64,000 nt of DNA, taken from Camelus ferus (taxonomy: Eukaryota). The notes under the pieces were generated by a model, which was given only the letters and a program-made list of their open reading frames with translations, was not told where the DNA came from and did no database searches. Position 1 is the stretch's first letter. Every line of letters starts with the position of its first letter. Where the stretch lies: contig NC_045707.1 in assembly GCF_009834535.1 (NCBI RefSeq), positions 46,068,001 to 46,132,000 on the forward strand, given 5' to 3'. Made by a program: the position numbers and the translations under genes. Below are positions 1 to 12,404 of the stretch, piece by piece.

Positions 1-389
1 ATTTCTGAAATAATACATGTCTGCTGCATAAGACTTGGGAAATAGAAAAGATAATAAGTCAACCATAATCCCACTCCCCAGCGACTGGCTGTTAATGTTT
101 CATTTATTTTCTTTCACTCTCTTTTTGAAGTATGTCTGTGTGTGTAGGTATGATTATTTAACATAATCAGAGTCATATTGGACCTAATATTTTATAACAT
201 GCTCTTGTTTAGCTTTTACTTTCCCACTAGCTACTGTTAACATGACTCTTGGTGTGTCTTTAAATTTTTTGAAATTAAATAATTGATATTCTACTTATTG
301 AATGATCACACTTTTATCCTTTTCATTTTCCTTTTCATCCTTTTTTCATTTAATCCCCATTTTCACTCTCATTTCCTTTTCTGTTTTAG

Positions 390-620
390 GATGGGGATGA
401 TGATGAGTTTTATAGTGCTTACAACAGGCACTATTTTAGAAACTACGTTGGTACATTTCATTCTCAGAATAGACTACAGGGCTGTTGCTTTTATTGGCCC
501 CATATGACGGATGAGGAAGCTGAGGTTAAGAAAATTGCCTCAAGTCACACACTTTGGTAAGAGACAGAACTGGATGTGAACCTTGTCATTGGCTCAGAAT
601 CCATATTCCTACCTCCTTTG
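390..620 (-). mobile_element. MIR SINE
   Basis: Antisense MIR core (gatgaggaagctgaggtt...caagtcacac...gaactggatgtgaacc); boundaries approximate. Confidence 0.7.
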
Positions 621-1949
621 TCATTCCCCTGGGGAGCACTTCTTTTCTGGGTCAGGGACACGCTCTTTAATGGAGAATGTGGACTGTAATCCAGAACAAC
701 AATCTTTTCCAGCTTTTGTGGACAAAGTTGGGTGTTAGTCTTGGCTTGGTTACTGTGACCTTTGTGACCATGCTCTGTGACCTTTGGTAAGTTCTTTCTC
801 CTCTCTGGGCCCCTGTGGGCCTTCTCAGCTCTCAAATTCTGTGTCTTTGTAGTGGAAAGAGCTGAACACAGGCGGCATTCAAGGGCAGACCCAGAATGAC
901 AGGAACATTGCTCCCTTGGATTTTACGGGCTAAGTTAAAGCGGTCCTCATGATAGGTAAACCCCATGACATACTTCCTTTGGAAACTTTGAGGTCTTGGG
1001 GCTTTTGTGGCTGACCAGTGAGTGTGGAGACTGAAGGCCACGTGCACTTCATGGTGCAGGTGCCAGTCACATTGTTGGTGTCTCTTTCCAGATGTTCTCT
1101 GAGGTGTGTGCCTAGAGGGATGTGTGGAAAGACTTGGGCTCTTCAGGGGCAGTGTGTCCTGGTGGGCTGCTGGGGTGGGCTAGGTGAGCCAGGGGTGACC
1201 ACTGTACTCTTTAAGACATTGGAGATGAGATGTGGTCTGCCTGGTACCACAGATACTTTTCCAAGGTCCTGTCCCCCAACTCCTGCCCAGTAAAAGGGAA
1301 AGGAGGACCAGAAGATGCTTGTCTTAGAGAATAGAGTTCACCCCCGGGCAGTTTCCCTTCCCTTTTCATATACAAAGTATATGAAAAAGTACGAGTTTTT
1401 GCACTTGGCTGGATTCCAGCTGTAGACCAGGAAGCAGCCAGCACCGAACCATGGCCCCTTCTTTGCTCTGTGGGTGGTGGTGGTCGTCGTCTGGGGCAGG
1501 GCCTGGTAATCATGTCACTGTGGCAGCTCCTCTGGCAGGTGGCTTTATTTTCTCATATTATTTCTCCCTGTTTGCCAGGCATCTCTGAGGAAAGGCTGAC
1601 ATTTTCTTCTCCATCCAGTTCTCCTAGAAACAAACAAGAAAAATATTATCTAGTAAATTATTTTTCAGTTGTTGACGTGGAAAATACCTTGCTTTTACCA
1701 GGGGATGGGACAACTTTTGTTCTCTCCGGTGAGATGATTTGAGGACTTTATTTCCAGGTCTAAGTCCCCAGGACAAGGAATGAGGGTTACAAAGAGCCCT
1801 GGTTATGTTTGGGCAGTGGGGGTCGGAGATAAATTGAACAGAGCAGTGACGAAGCACTAAATGTACACTGAGAACATGCACGGGTCAGTTACATTTTCAT
1901 GCTTCCTGAGGGAACTATGGTTGTGGCGATGGTGATAATGATGTGCTGA

Positions 1950-2150
1950 TGAGAAAAATAATAACATCACATTTGTTAAGTACTTCCCATGTGCTAGATA
2001 GTATGATATGTGTGAGGTTTGTTTTATAGGAACAAGAAACGGAGGCTCAGGTTAACTCATTTGCTCAAGGTCACCCAGAAAGTAGGAGAGTGGGTTTTAG
2101 ACACAAGTTAAGCCCGCAGTGTCCACCTTTAACCTCTAGGCACGCTGCCT
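1950..2150 (-). mobile_element. MIR SINE
   Basis: gaaacggaggctcag...ttgctcaaggtcacccag matches the antisense MIR core. Confidence 0.7.
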
Positions 2151-2369
2151 CCAACATCACGTTCTAAGAGAATCTGGCATTTATAGCTTCCAATTTTGAA
2201 AAATCTGAATAAATTTCTTTTGGTAAGTGAAACAGAAGAGAAAGAAAATTTGTTCTTCTTCCTCATTGTGTTTTTTTGACTATGGCATATTTAATGAGTA
2301 CTACTAAAAGATCTGTCCTGATCCAGGCCTACTGTTTCGTGGGTCTCAGGGCTGCCTTGTCTTTTTAAA

Positions 2370-3290
2370 AGGGTTTTATTGAGGTATATTTTACATATAA
2401 TAAAATTCATCTATTTTAAACTCAGGAACTTCTAGTAAATTTACAGAGTTGTACAACTGTCACCATCATCCATGTTAGAGCATTTCCATTACTACAGACA
2501 GTGACCTTGTACTCATCGGCAGCCAGTCTGTCCTCACTCGCAGGGAAGCACTAATCCAATTTCTTTCTCTGTAGATTTGCCTTTACTGGGAATTCCATGT
2601 AAATGGACTCATTCAATGCATGGTCTTTTGTGTCTGGCATTTTTTCACATAGCATAATGATTTTGAGATTCATTAGTATTATATTAATAGTTCATTCCTT
2701 CTTATTGCTGAATATTTTATTACATGAATATACCACATTTTGTTAGTTCATTCACCATTTGGTAGATATTTGCATTGTTTCTGCTACGATCGTTTGTGTG
2801 CACATGTTTATATGGACAGAAGTTTTTATTTCTCTTTGGTCAACACCTGGGAGTGAAGTTGCAGGGACATACGGTAGAGGTATATTGAATCTTTTAAAAA
2901 GCAGATAAACTGTTTTCCAAAGTGGCTGTACCGTTTTACCTTTATACTGCTGGGCTAAGAAGGAAGTTCTAGTTGCTCTACAACCCTGTCAGCATTAGAT
3001 ATTGTCTGTCTGTTTTATTTTAGCCATCCTAGTGGGTGTGGAGGGGTATCTTATTGTGACTTTAATTTGCATCTCCCTAATGACTAATGACGTCGAGCAT
3101 CTTTTCATGTTCTTATATATATTCTTTATATATTCTGGATACAAGTCCCCTACCAGGTGTGATTTTTAAATATTTTCTCCCACTTGTGGCTTATCTTTTC
3201 ATTCTCTTAATGATGACTTTTGAAGAGCAAAGGTTTTTCACTTTGATGAAGAACAGTTTGTCTATTTTTTTCTTTTGTAGATTGTGATTG
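2370..3290 (-). mobile_element. Old L1 (L1MB-like) 3' end
   Basis: Starts ttttattgaggtata (reverse 3' end); contains aactgttttccaaagtggctgtacc and ttagccatcctagtgggtgtg...ttaatttgcatctccctaatgactaatga, typical antisense L1 ORF2-end/3'UTR. Confidence 0.9.
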
Positions 3291-3824
3291 GGCTGTGCCT
3301 TTTAGCCTGTCTGTTTGGTTTGTTCTTAGTTTAGGTGCCCCACTTTCCACTCTCACATCCTCCCTGGATCCTGTGTTTATTCCTCCTTGAGGACAAAAGG
3401 CGCCCAGCCTTTAAGTACTCTTGCTAATATTCTGTGGTGAGCACTCTGCTGAAATTTTGTGTGCAGGTGTCTGGCACTCTGGTTATGTTTTAAACATAAT
3501 TCAGGACATTACAGTTAATATTGTTATTTAATATTAATGATAACACTAATAACTGGCATCTGTTGAGAATTTACCGTGTTGATCTTGTTGGGTTTTCCCC
3601 AGTATTTGCCTTTGGAGATTGCTTTTAATCTTGTTTCTTCCCTTTTCTTGTTTCTTTCCCGAGAAACCTCTATTACGAGAAAAGCTTTCATATCCAGTTC
3701 CTACCCATCTGGGTGTCCTCTTAGATATGTTTTGGTTTTGGCAAGTTCTTAATGATGGTAGGTGTGTAGGAGGCAAATCCAAATGGGAGAGATTAAAGCT
3801 ATCTGGACTTCTGCACATATGTTC

Positions 3825-3922
3825 CAGATTCTTTTCCATTATAGATTCTTGTAAGATATTGAATATAGTTCTCTGTGCTATACAGCAGGACATTGCTGTT
3901 TATCTATTTATATATGGGAGTA
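3825..3922 (-). mobile_element. Internal fragment of a young artiodactyl-type L1 3'UTR, no tail
   Basis: cagattcttttccattatag...aagatattgaatatagttctctgtgctatacag is homologous to the 29672-29912 and 37533-37740 copies; flanked by direct repeat cacatatgttc (3814-3824, 3923-3933). Confidence 0.8.
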
Positions 3923-4449
3923 CACATATGTTCTGGTATTCCTCCATGGCCCTCCTGGTCCTGGGGTAACATGGTTCATCATTACACATTTCTGCTCTTT
4001 TGTAGATTAAGTCAAGTTATCCATATCATTGCCCTGTACTGCTTATATGGTAATGACTAGGAAGAACTTAGATCCATTTAGAAAAATAGTGACAAAGATG
4101 GATTTAAAACAAAATAGAGGAAGAAAAATGATGGGCAGTTTTTCCATTTTAAAACCTGTGCGTTAACCAACTCACCCCTAACATTTCTTTCCTAGTCGTC
4201 TCCATCTTGCTGGCTTCATGATTACTTTCAAGTCATCAGTGCCCTTCCATGCTGTGGACTGAGGGTTTCTCAACTGCTTCTCATCAGAAAGTATGATGGG
4301 GAGATTGCCAAGATGGCAGAGTAGGAAAAAGAAAAAGAAAGTGAGATGGTCTTTAAAAAATGTTGTAGTTCATGTTTTCAGATGATATTTTCCTTCCTGA
4401 GCAAGGAGCGGGGCTGTTTGCTGGGGAACTTGACTTGACTCTTATGAGA

Positions 4450-5057
4450 ACAGATTTAGAATAGGAGAAAAAATCTGCAAATCATGTATTGACAAGGAAA
4501 GTATATCCAGACTGTATATGGAACTGTTACAACTTCACAGTAAAATCAGCCCATTTAAAAACAGGCCAAGGCTTTCAGCGACTGTAAAGCTGGGGAGGTC
4601 TTGGCCTGGACGAGGATGTCAGATCTCATTGTCTACCCAGCCCTTCGACCCTATCCCGAAGCCCCTCTATAAAATGGCTTGATCTCCCCTCCAAAAAAGA
4701 AACAAAGGGTTTGAATCGGCATTTCTCCAAAGAAGATATACAGATGGCCAGTAAACACATGAAAAAATATTCAGCATCACTTGTCCTTAGGGAAATGCAA
4801 ATTGAACCATAATGAGATATCATTTCACACCATCAGAAATGGTTAAAATAAAAAAGACAGACAATAACAAGTGTTGATGAGGTTGTGGGGAAGTCTGAAC
4901 CCTCATATACTGCTTTTGGGATTGTAAAATGGTGCAGGCATTTTGGAAAACAGTTTTGTACTTCTTCAAAATGCTAAACACAGAATGACCATATGGCCCA
5001 GCATTCCACTCCTAGACTGAAATGAAATGTAAACATATGTCGCACAAAAATGTATAT
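4450..5057 (+). mobile_element. L1 ORF2-end fragment, interrupted by a non-L1 insert at 4572-4698
   Basis: catttctccaaagaagatatacagatggcc...agggaaatgcaaatt...acaataacaagtgttg...gtaaaatggtgcag is canonical sense L1. Confidence 0.9.
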
Positions 5058-5300
5058 AGGTTGTCTTATTGTTGAGTTGTAAGAGGTTTTAAAAAATGTA
5101 GTTCGGATCCAAGTCCCTTGTCAAATGTATGATTTGCAAATATTTCCTCCCATCTTGTCTTTTTACATTGTTGATGATGGCTATTTTTACTTTGATGCCT
5201 AAAGTTTTAACTTTTGATGAAGTCTAACTTATTTATTTTTTTCTGTCACTTTTTTTTTAACCCTCCCCCTTTCTTGTCACTTGTGCTTTTGGTTCTGTAT
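5058..5300 (-). mobile_element. L1 ORF2 fragment
   Basis: ttgttgagttgtaagag...caagtcccttgtcaaatgtatgatttgcaaatatttcctccc is antisense L1 ORF2 C-terminal region. Confidence 0.85.
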
Positions 5301-6019
5301 GTTTTTGAAGTACTAAGAATATGAGCTTATTTTATATTCTGGGATGATTGGCTATAATATACCAGAGGCGCTAGCTGGGAGTAACTGAATAATTAACATA
5401 CTTTGTTAGAGAATAGTAACAAGCCCACGTGACTCTGAAGTTCAGTGTAATGATGGTTTTCCTTGTTTATCTTTGTGTCTCCCTGCCCACCCTGGCACTT
5501 AGCATGGTGTTGTGCACATAGTAGATGCTCAAAAAACACTTGTTGACTAAATCTAGAAAGGAAATTTTTTTTTTTTTTTTTTGCTAAAGACCTCAATTGT
5601 ATTTTGTTCTGGTTTTGAAGCTAGGTCTGCGTTCCAATGTTAGCTTCACTTACTGTGTGGCATTTTCAGACGCTTAAACTCCTTGACCCTCACTCTCCAC
5701 ATCAGTGAGAGAAAGACAGTAATGTTTATCTTGGAGGATTGTTGTAAAGATCACATGTAGAGTTTCCACAAATAGCAGTTATTGTTTATATCAGTTAATT
5801 GATCTATATCTCAGTTTCTCCATTTAGTAGAATGTGAATGCTGCTCACCTTTAGCCCTGTCAGTGTGTACATGAAGAGTCATGAGACAGTGGACTTGAGT
5901 CTTCCGTGCTTCCTTTAAAAAGTCCATTTCCCAGAACCCCAGGAGAACCTTCCTTGGTCCCTGACTATCTCTATTTTTGTGGAATTCCTGTTGAAGGAAC
6001 TTTGAGTATGTAAGCTAGT

Positions 6020-6222
6020 TAGTTGCACTATCTAATACAGTAGCCATAGGCCACATGTGGTTATCTAAGTTAAAATTAACTGAAATTAAAATATCAGTTC
6101 CTCAGTTGTATGAGCCACATTTCAAAGGCTGAAAGGCCACATGTGGCTAGTGGCTACCATACTGAACAGTGCTTATACAGAACACTTTCTTCATTGCAGA
6201 TAGTTCTGTTGGATATTAGCTG
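6020..6222 (-). mobile_element. MER3 (hAT-Charlie) DNA transposon fossil
   Basis: Two gccacatgtgg palindromes plus tcagttcctcagttg and tgcagatagttctgttgga match the recalled MER3 consensus. Confidence 0.85.
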
Positions 6223-7268
6223 GAGTAAAATGATGGGCAGTTTTCCGTGAGTTTCTGTTCAACTGCAGAGCCTGCGAGATAAGGCTTTTCTATACACTCA
6301 GCTAGTAGCCCCTTCCCTATACCTCTCCTGCTCCACTTCGGGGATTCTCAGGCTCAAGGACGTTGAGTGCTTTCGAATCCTGGGAAATGGAGTTACATAA
6401 CCCAGGATGGTTATTTTTTTGTTATTGTTGTTATTTCTGAAATTTCATGTTGCTATCTGCTGATGGCTGTGCTTTTTTAGTAACTTAGGTCATTAGCAAG
6501 GCCAGTAGAAGGCCCCTTTGGACAATTATGTTCTGGTGAATATCATAGTGACCTGAAGGGGAGGGAGACAAGATGCTTCCCCAAATCCCTAATTTTCTGT
6601 GAGTTATCGGGTGCTAGAAAAAAAACTGTATTGCAAACAGCTATTCAGAATTCTGGAAATTTTTTCCAGATGTAGAATGAAGATAATGTTCTAGAGATGG
6701 GAGTCTTTGGAGGTAATTTGACAAGGAATCCCTGAGCATTCCTCTCTGCTTGTGACCCCATTAAACTGACCTCAGTGGATTTCTTTCTAAAAACTTTGGA
6801 CATATTCTATTTAGATTGTAAGGCACCTATTTTCTTCTCTTGGACTTAAATCCTAGGAGGAGAGTTAAATTCCTTTTGTTGACAGGGTTGCTCTTACATC
6901 TTCCTTTCCCTTTCTCATATCCTCCAAATCTTCTGAAATCACGCCCTCTGTGTGCCATTCCTAGAGTTCATGAGTGTCTCGCCTGGCTGTAGGACACACT
7001 TCAGAGTGATGCTGAGGATACTTTCTTTTCTATTTGATCTAAGATATGAAAGCCTGCATTGAAGGCAGGGCCATGGGAATGCATAGGGTTAACCTTATTT
7101 CCCATCTGCTTTTAAGTAAGTGTTGGCTTTGTCAGGCCAGGTGACTGAGCCTACAGTCATTCCCAAATGGGAAGAAGTGGTTAATTTTAGACTGTTTCAG
7201 TATTTCCAAAACTTAAATTCTTGTACATGTTTTTGGGAAAAAAGCCTGTGTGCGGTTAAGTGAGTTCT

Positions 7269-7724
7269 TGCTGACTGAAAGAAGAATGCATATCGTAAAT
7301 TTGTGAGTTAAGTTTTGTTCGGGGACCTTACTGAGGACTGTATCCTGGGAGACAGGCTCTCAGACAGCTCTGAGGAACTACTACGAAGAGGTAAGGGAAG
7401 AACCAGGGTATAGATGAATTTTTTGCTGGGAAAAAAACATGTAGTAAAATATAAATGGATTACTGCTAATCGTAAAGAACAGACACCTCAAATTTATGAT
7501 TTTAGTGATTTTCTATATATGGGAAGATGCAAGAATCTAGGATCATTGAAATTTCTCCTTCGATATGTATCTTAACTATCTAGGGGCCAGATCCAAAACT
7601 CAGAATGCTTCCTGTTTTTCTCCATCTTGAATTTCCTTCAGGTGCACTGTCAGTGGGTGACTGCAGGGGCTAGTGGCTTGACCCCCATAGAATTGAAATG
7701 TCAGACAACGTGTTTTTCTTTACA
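7269..7724 (-). mobile_element. ERV1-class solo LTR (family uncertain)
   Basis: TG...CA termini, ~455 bp, clearly homologous to 11157-11624 (gagacaggctctcagacagctctgaggaact...gaagaggtaaggg). Confidence 0.7.
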
Positions 7725-8449
7725 TAGTCAAAGAGTGGATGAAGCACAGCTAAACAGTGTTCTTTCCTGGAAGGAGCTCAGGACCTTTGATACACTGATG
7801 GGCACTGTGGCTTTCCTGGAGGAGAAGATATTTCTCAGGTCCCTCATATGGCCTAGCCTCCTGGGGACCAGCAACCTACAGGACATCCTTTGGGATGGCT
7901 GGGCTGAAGGATGGTGGTGTGAGAAACAGGAAAACACGCACTGTGGGGGAGTGTAAAGGCAGCAGTTTTGTAAATACTTCTGCTTTTTCTTTCTCAGTTG
8001 TGTCTCAGTTTTTGTTTCTCAGTGATTATTTTTAACCCAAACAGTAGTTATTTGAAGTTCTTATCAGATAAAAGTGCCCCAAATCTTGCCAAATCAAGAC
8101 TGTCGTCTGGCCTGAAGAGAAGGTAAAAATTTCTCTCTGAATTTTTTTTTTAAAGGACCCTTTAGTGAAGCTGCTAATTCACTTCTTTCAGGCATACATT
8201 TGGGGTTGGCTAAATATATATTTCTGCTTCAAGGTATGGTCCAATTCGAGGAAACAAACCATTTATAGGCAATTCTTACATGATGAGAATCCATTAGTGG
8301 CTTTTGGAAGACATCTAAAGCGCTGAGGGTGAATTTTGTCAAGGGGATAGATTTATATGTGCGTCTTACTTCTGTTAATACCTTTCTGGACAGATTAACT
8401 AAATGAGCTTCTATTTAACTTGGTCTAATAGTCTTAGCCAGAATAGTGC

Positions 8450-8590
8450 CTGATAATAACAATAATAATAGCTGACATTTCTTGTGTGGTCACTGTCTGC
8501 AGGCACTGTTCTAAGTACTGTACATACATTAGCTCATTTAATCCTCACGAAAATGCAGTGAGGCAGCTGTTACTTTTCCCACTTTATAAA
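8450..8590 (-). mobile_element. MIR SINE
   Basis: caggcactgttctaagtactgtacatacattagctcatttaatcctcac. Confidence 0.75.
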
Positions 8591-9111
8591 TGGAAAAATA
8601 TAAGCGTCCTATTACAGTGAAGGCTGGAATTAATTATTGGTTCTGTATTCATACCAATTAATAACAAAGCATATTTTACTGTACCTTTCCTTTAACTATG
8701 AGATAGTGCTAATTTTCATAAAATCCTATGTGATATGTAGTACATAATTGACTTTGCAATTGATTTGTTCTTCTTAAGATATCTATCATAGGTTTTATAA
8801 CTTCTAATTTGGAATTTTAAAGTATCAGTAGATGCTATAAATGTAGAATTTACTACTGTATTTATTCAACAACCCTTTCTTCAGCTAGTTTCTATGTCTG
8901 ATGCTAAGAATGCAAAGATGATTGAGCCACTGTCCCTGTCCTCATAGAAATGTCATCAAATGGGGAAGAGAAATAATCCTCCAGTTATCATTTCTGAAGC
9001 CATGGCAGGGAAAGTGATTTCTTGCATTTCATTTTAAAAAGTCAAAGAGAAAGAGTCTCTTGGCTGCAGTAAGACAGGAAGCTGGGTAGAGACCACAGGT
9101 CTTGGATGATT

Positions 9112-9562
9112 TTTTTTCCAGCTTTATTGAGATATTATTGACATATAACATATGTAAGTTTAAGGTGATTATTTGCAACATGTATATATTACAAAATGAT
9201 TGCCAAAGTAAGGTTAGTTGGCAGCTCCATCCTCTCTCATAATTATCTTTTTTTTTTTTTTTTTTTGGTGGTGATAGCATTTAAGAATGACCCTTTTAAC
9301 AACTTTTAAGTATGTAATACAGTACTGTTAATTATAGTCTCCATGCTATACCTTAGATCCCTGGAACTTAGTCATCTGAAAGCTGGAAGTTTGTACCCTT
9401 TGACCAACATCTCCCCATTTCCCCCACCTCTCAGCCTCTGACAATCACCAATCTACTCTATTTCTATGAGTTTGGCTTTTTAAGATTCAACATGTGAGTG
9501 AGAACATGCGGTGTCTGTCTTTCTCTGCCTGACTTATTTCACTTAGTGTAATGCCCCTGAGG
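9112..9562 (-). mobile_element. L1 (L1MA-like) 3'UTR
   Basis: cagctttattgagatattattgacatataacatatgtaagtttaagg...ctgacttatttcacttagtgtaatg. Confidence 0.85.
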
Positions 9563-11156
9563 TCCAGCAGATGACTTTTGAGTTGTTCCACAGCACTGGC
9601 TCAATTTCACCCCCGGCCGGCAGGCTGTAGCATGTTGCCTCCCCTGAATGCAGGCTTTTGATGCTGGGGAGGGGGTCATCGGGGAGAGAGAACCACGTGC
9701 TGTGAAAAGAATACCAGCGGCCCCTCAGTGGTCTCCTGAAGTGTCTTCCCTGGGGCAGGATCAGGTGTGCTTTTTGTAAAGAAAATGAAGAGAGGAGAGC
9801 CGAGGCCTTGGGGAGAGTTCTCTTGCAATGAACTGTGAAAAGTGCTGGCAGTGAGCTTGGTCCTGATGGGCTGCCTTTGACACAGAGTTTGGGGTGTTCT
9901 TGATGCTTCGTAAGCACCGAGCCAGGGCCTTGTTACCCATGTTAGGCCCTGGTTGAGAAGCCTGGGCCTCCTTGATTGAATCAGCTTTAAAGGAAAACAA
10001 GTGGTTGGTGGGAGCAGGAGGCAGAGTCCCCCTGGGCAGTGCTGCACAAAAAGCCATTGTAAGTTGGTGGGTAGGGCTCTGAACTCTTGGAACCAAGTCA
10101 AATCTGGCAGCCAACCCAGGCCTCCACTGTAACCTGGAACATGGCTCCCCACTCCCCAAATCCACCTCTCTGCTTGGTGTGCTGCAATAACTAAATATGC
10201 ATTCGTCTGCTGGGTTATACTTTTTCACAGATACGATACTCTCTAGATAAAATGATCCACTGAATGTTGGGAGGTTCTTGTTTTCAGTGTGTACCAAGGG
10301 CACCGTCTGTGCAGGCGGTCTAAACACTCTTCACATCCTCAAGTCACTTAAGTGTCACCGCAGCCCTGTACTCTCCACAGTGTTACTCTCCCTGCTTAAC
10401 AGACGAGGAAACTAACTCTTATTTGAATGACTTGTCCAAACCAAGACTCAAATTGAGAAGTCTGATTTTGGAGAGCAGTGGTTTGGCTTCTGCCTCTAGT
10501 TAAATCATCCTGGGAAGATGGAAGATACTTTAAAAAAAAAATTCATTGAAGTACATAGCTCTAATTAAACAAAGAAACAGAAAGCTCATCTTTACTAGTT
10601 TGGTTCTTACGTGATTATTTGTCTCTGGTCATGACCAAGAGACTGAGTCATTTTTTGTTCCTAGGTCTCTGACCTGGGTAGGCTGGTGGTGAGAAGTGAC
10701 CAGGGACTTAAGGAATTAACTTTCATGGGTTTCACCTCTAGGTCAGGAGTCTCAACGTGAGTAACCTGTGGTATAATTTAGTGCCAGACCAGAGGGACCT
10801 GGAGAGACTCACGGTAAGAACAGTAACCCTGCTCCGGCCTCTGCCCAACCCCCTTGCGCCAGGGAACTGCCGCCTTCCACCTTCCCCCTCTGTGATTGCT
10901 TACCAGAATGAAAACTTGAATTTTTGTCTGTTTTGTTTATTCCTGTATCCCCAGTACCTGGCATATTAAAGGTACTCAGTGTTTGTTGAACGAGTGACTG
11001 AATGAATGAGTAAATCTCACATGGCTAGCCATTTTAGCTTTCTAGGTAGCAGCATGGGGGTTTATATCCTGTTGTGGTAATGGCAGTGACAGAAAGACAC
11101 AGCCGTTCCAATTCTGGTTTAGAAGAAAGCTTTCAAAACTAACTGCGTTAGTGGTC

Positions 11157-11624
11157 TGTCGACTGAAATAAAAAGGCACAACGTGAAAGCTGTGAGTTTC
11201 AGTTTTATTGCGGACTTAATGAGGAGTATAGCCCAGGAGACAGCCTCTCACACAGCTCTGAGGAGCTGCTCTGAAGAGGTAGGGGGAGAGAACAGTATGT
11301 ATGTGATTTTGGTAAGGGGTAGGTGCGCTGAAGCACACATTTTGGTAGAAGGCTGCTGCTAGTCATGAGGAACAGATATCTTAATTAATAGCTCTGGTGC
11401 TTTTCTGAGTATGGGAAGATACAAGAAATTGGGTTCATAAAATGTCCTCCTGAAACTGTCTAACCATCTGAAGGCCTGTTCTGCCAGTTTTCTCAGAGCA
11501 CACAGCACCTCCTTCCTGATGTCCACACTGAACTCCTTTAGGATGTGCTGAAAGTCAGCACCTGCAGTGGCTAATGACACAGTCCTCGTAGAGCTGGATG
11601 GCAAGTGACATTCTTTAGCTGATA
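11157..11624 (-). mobile_element. ERV1-class solo LTR related to 7269-7724
   Basis: Co-linear homology with 7269-7724; ttttatt near 11203 gives a poly(A) signal on -. Confidence 0.7.
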
Positions 11625-11809
11625 ACACTGATGGAAGACATTTATTTGTCCTAAATATTAGGTAGGAATTATCTGAATCTATAGGAAATGGGTTAATTGA
11701 TTAGACTGTGGAATAAGGTAAAGAATTTTAAAATGTATTTATTGTTACAGCTATAGACCTTGCTAGAACTTCATTTGTGCCTCTCAAGGTGTTTTTAGGT
11801 GATTGTATG

Positions 11810-12060
11810 ATTATAAGAAGAGTTAATATTATTAGGGTTTGCCTATGTGTCAGGAGCTGTTCTAAGTGCTTTATATGTAGTAACATTTACTCCTCACAAC
11901 AACCTCATGAAGTAGGTACTATTATTATTCCCATTTTACAGATAAAGAAACTGAGGTGTTGAGAGATTGCCCAAAGTTACACAGCTAGTACGTGACTGAT
12001 CCAAATTCAAACCTGAGCAGGCTAGCCTGAGTCTGTTTCTTAAGTGTTATGCAGTAGTGC
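11810..12060 (-). mobile_element. MIR SINE, near full length
   Basis: cctcacaacaacctcatgaagtaggtactattattattcccattttacagataaagaaactgagg. Confidence 0.9.
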
Positions 12061-12404
12061 CTTTGATATCCGAAGTACTCTGAAAAAATCTTGTTGACCA
12101 AAAGGAAAGCTATCTCTTCTAGGAAAAAGGAAAAAACAATCTTTTCTGCCACTCTTCTTCTCTCATATTATCCCCTGTCTAAAACACTGCCTTCTCTACT
12201 CTGGCTCTCCTAGAAAAGATCGAGTCATTAAAAAATTTTTTCAGCTCAATCAGGAGAAAGCTGGCATGACATGAGGTGATTTCAGTCTTTTATTCTTATT
12301 TGATTTTATAGTTTTTCCACAATGACACTATATTTCCTATAAAATTGGTTTTAAAATTAGCATTTCAGATTGAAAGAAAACTTACAAAACCTAGTTTGAC
12401 TAAT

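Noticed and set aside
6048..6150. Repeated palindrome gccacatgtgg
   Set aside because: Intrinsic to MER3.
9543..10327. Overlapping minus-strand ORFs up to 188 aa
   Set aside because: No recognisable domain, no supporting splice structure; expected by chance in a GC-richer patch.
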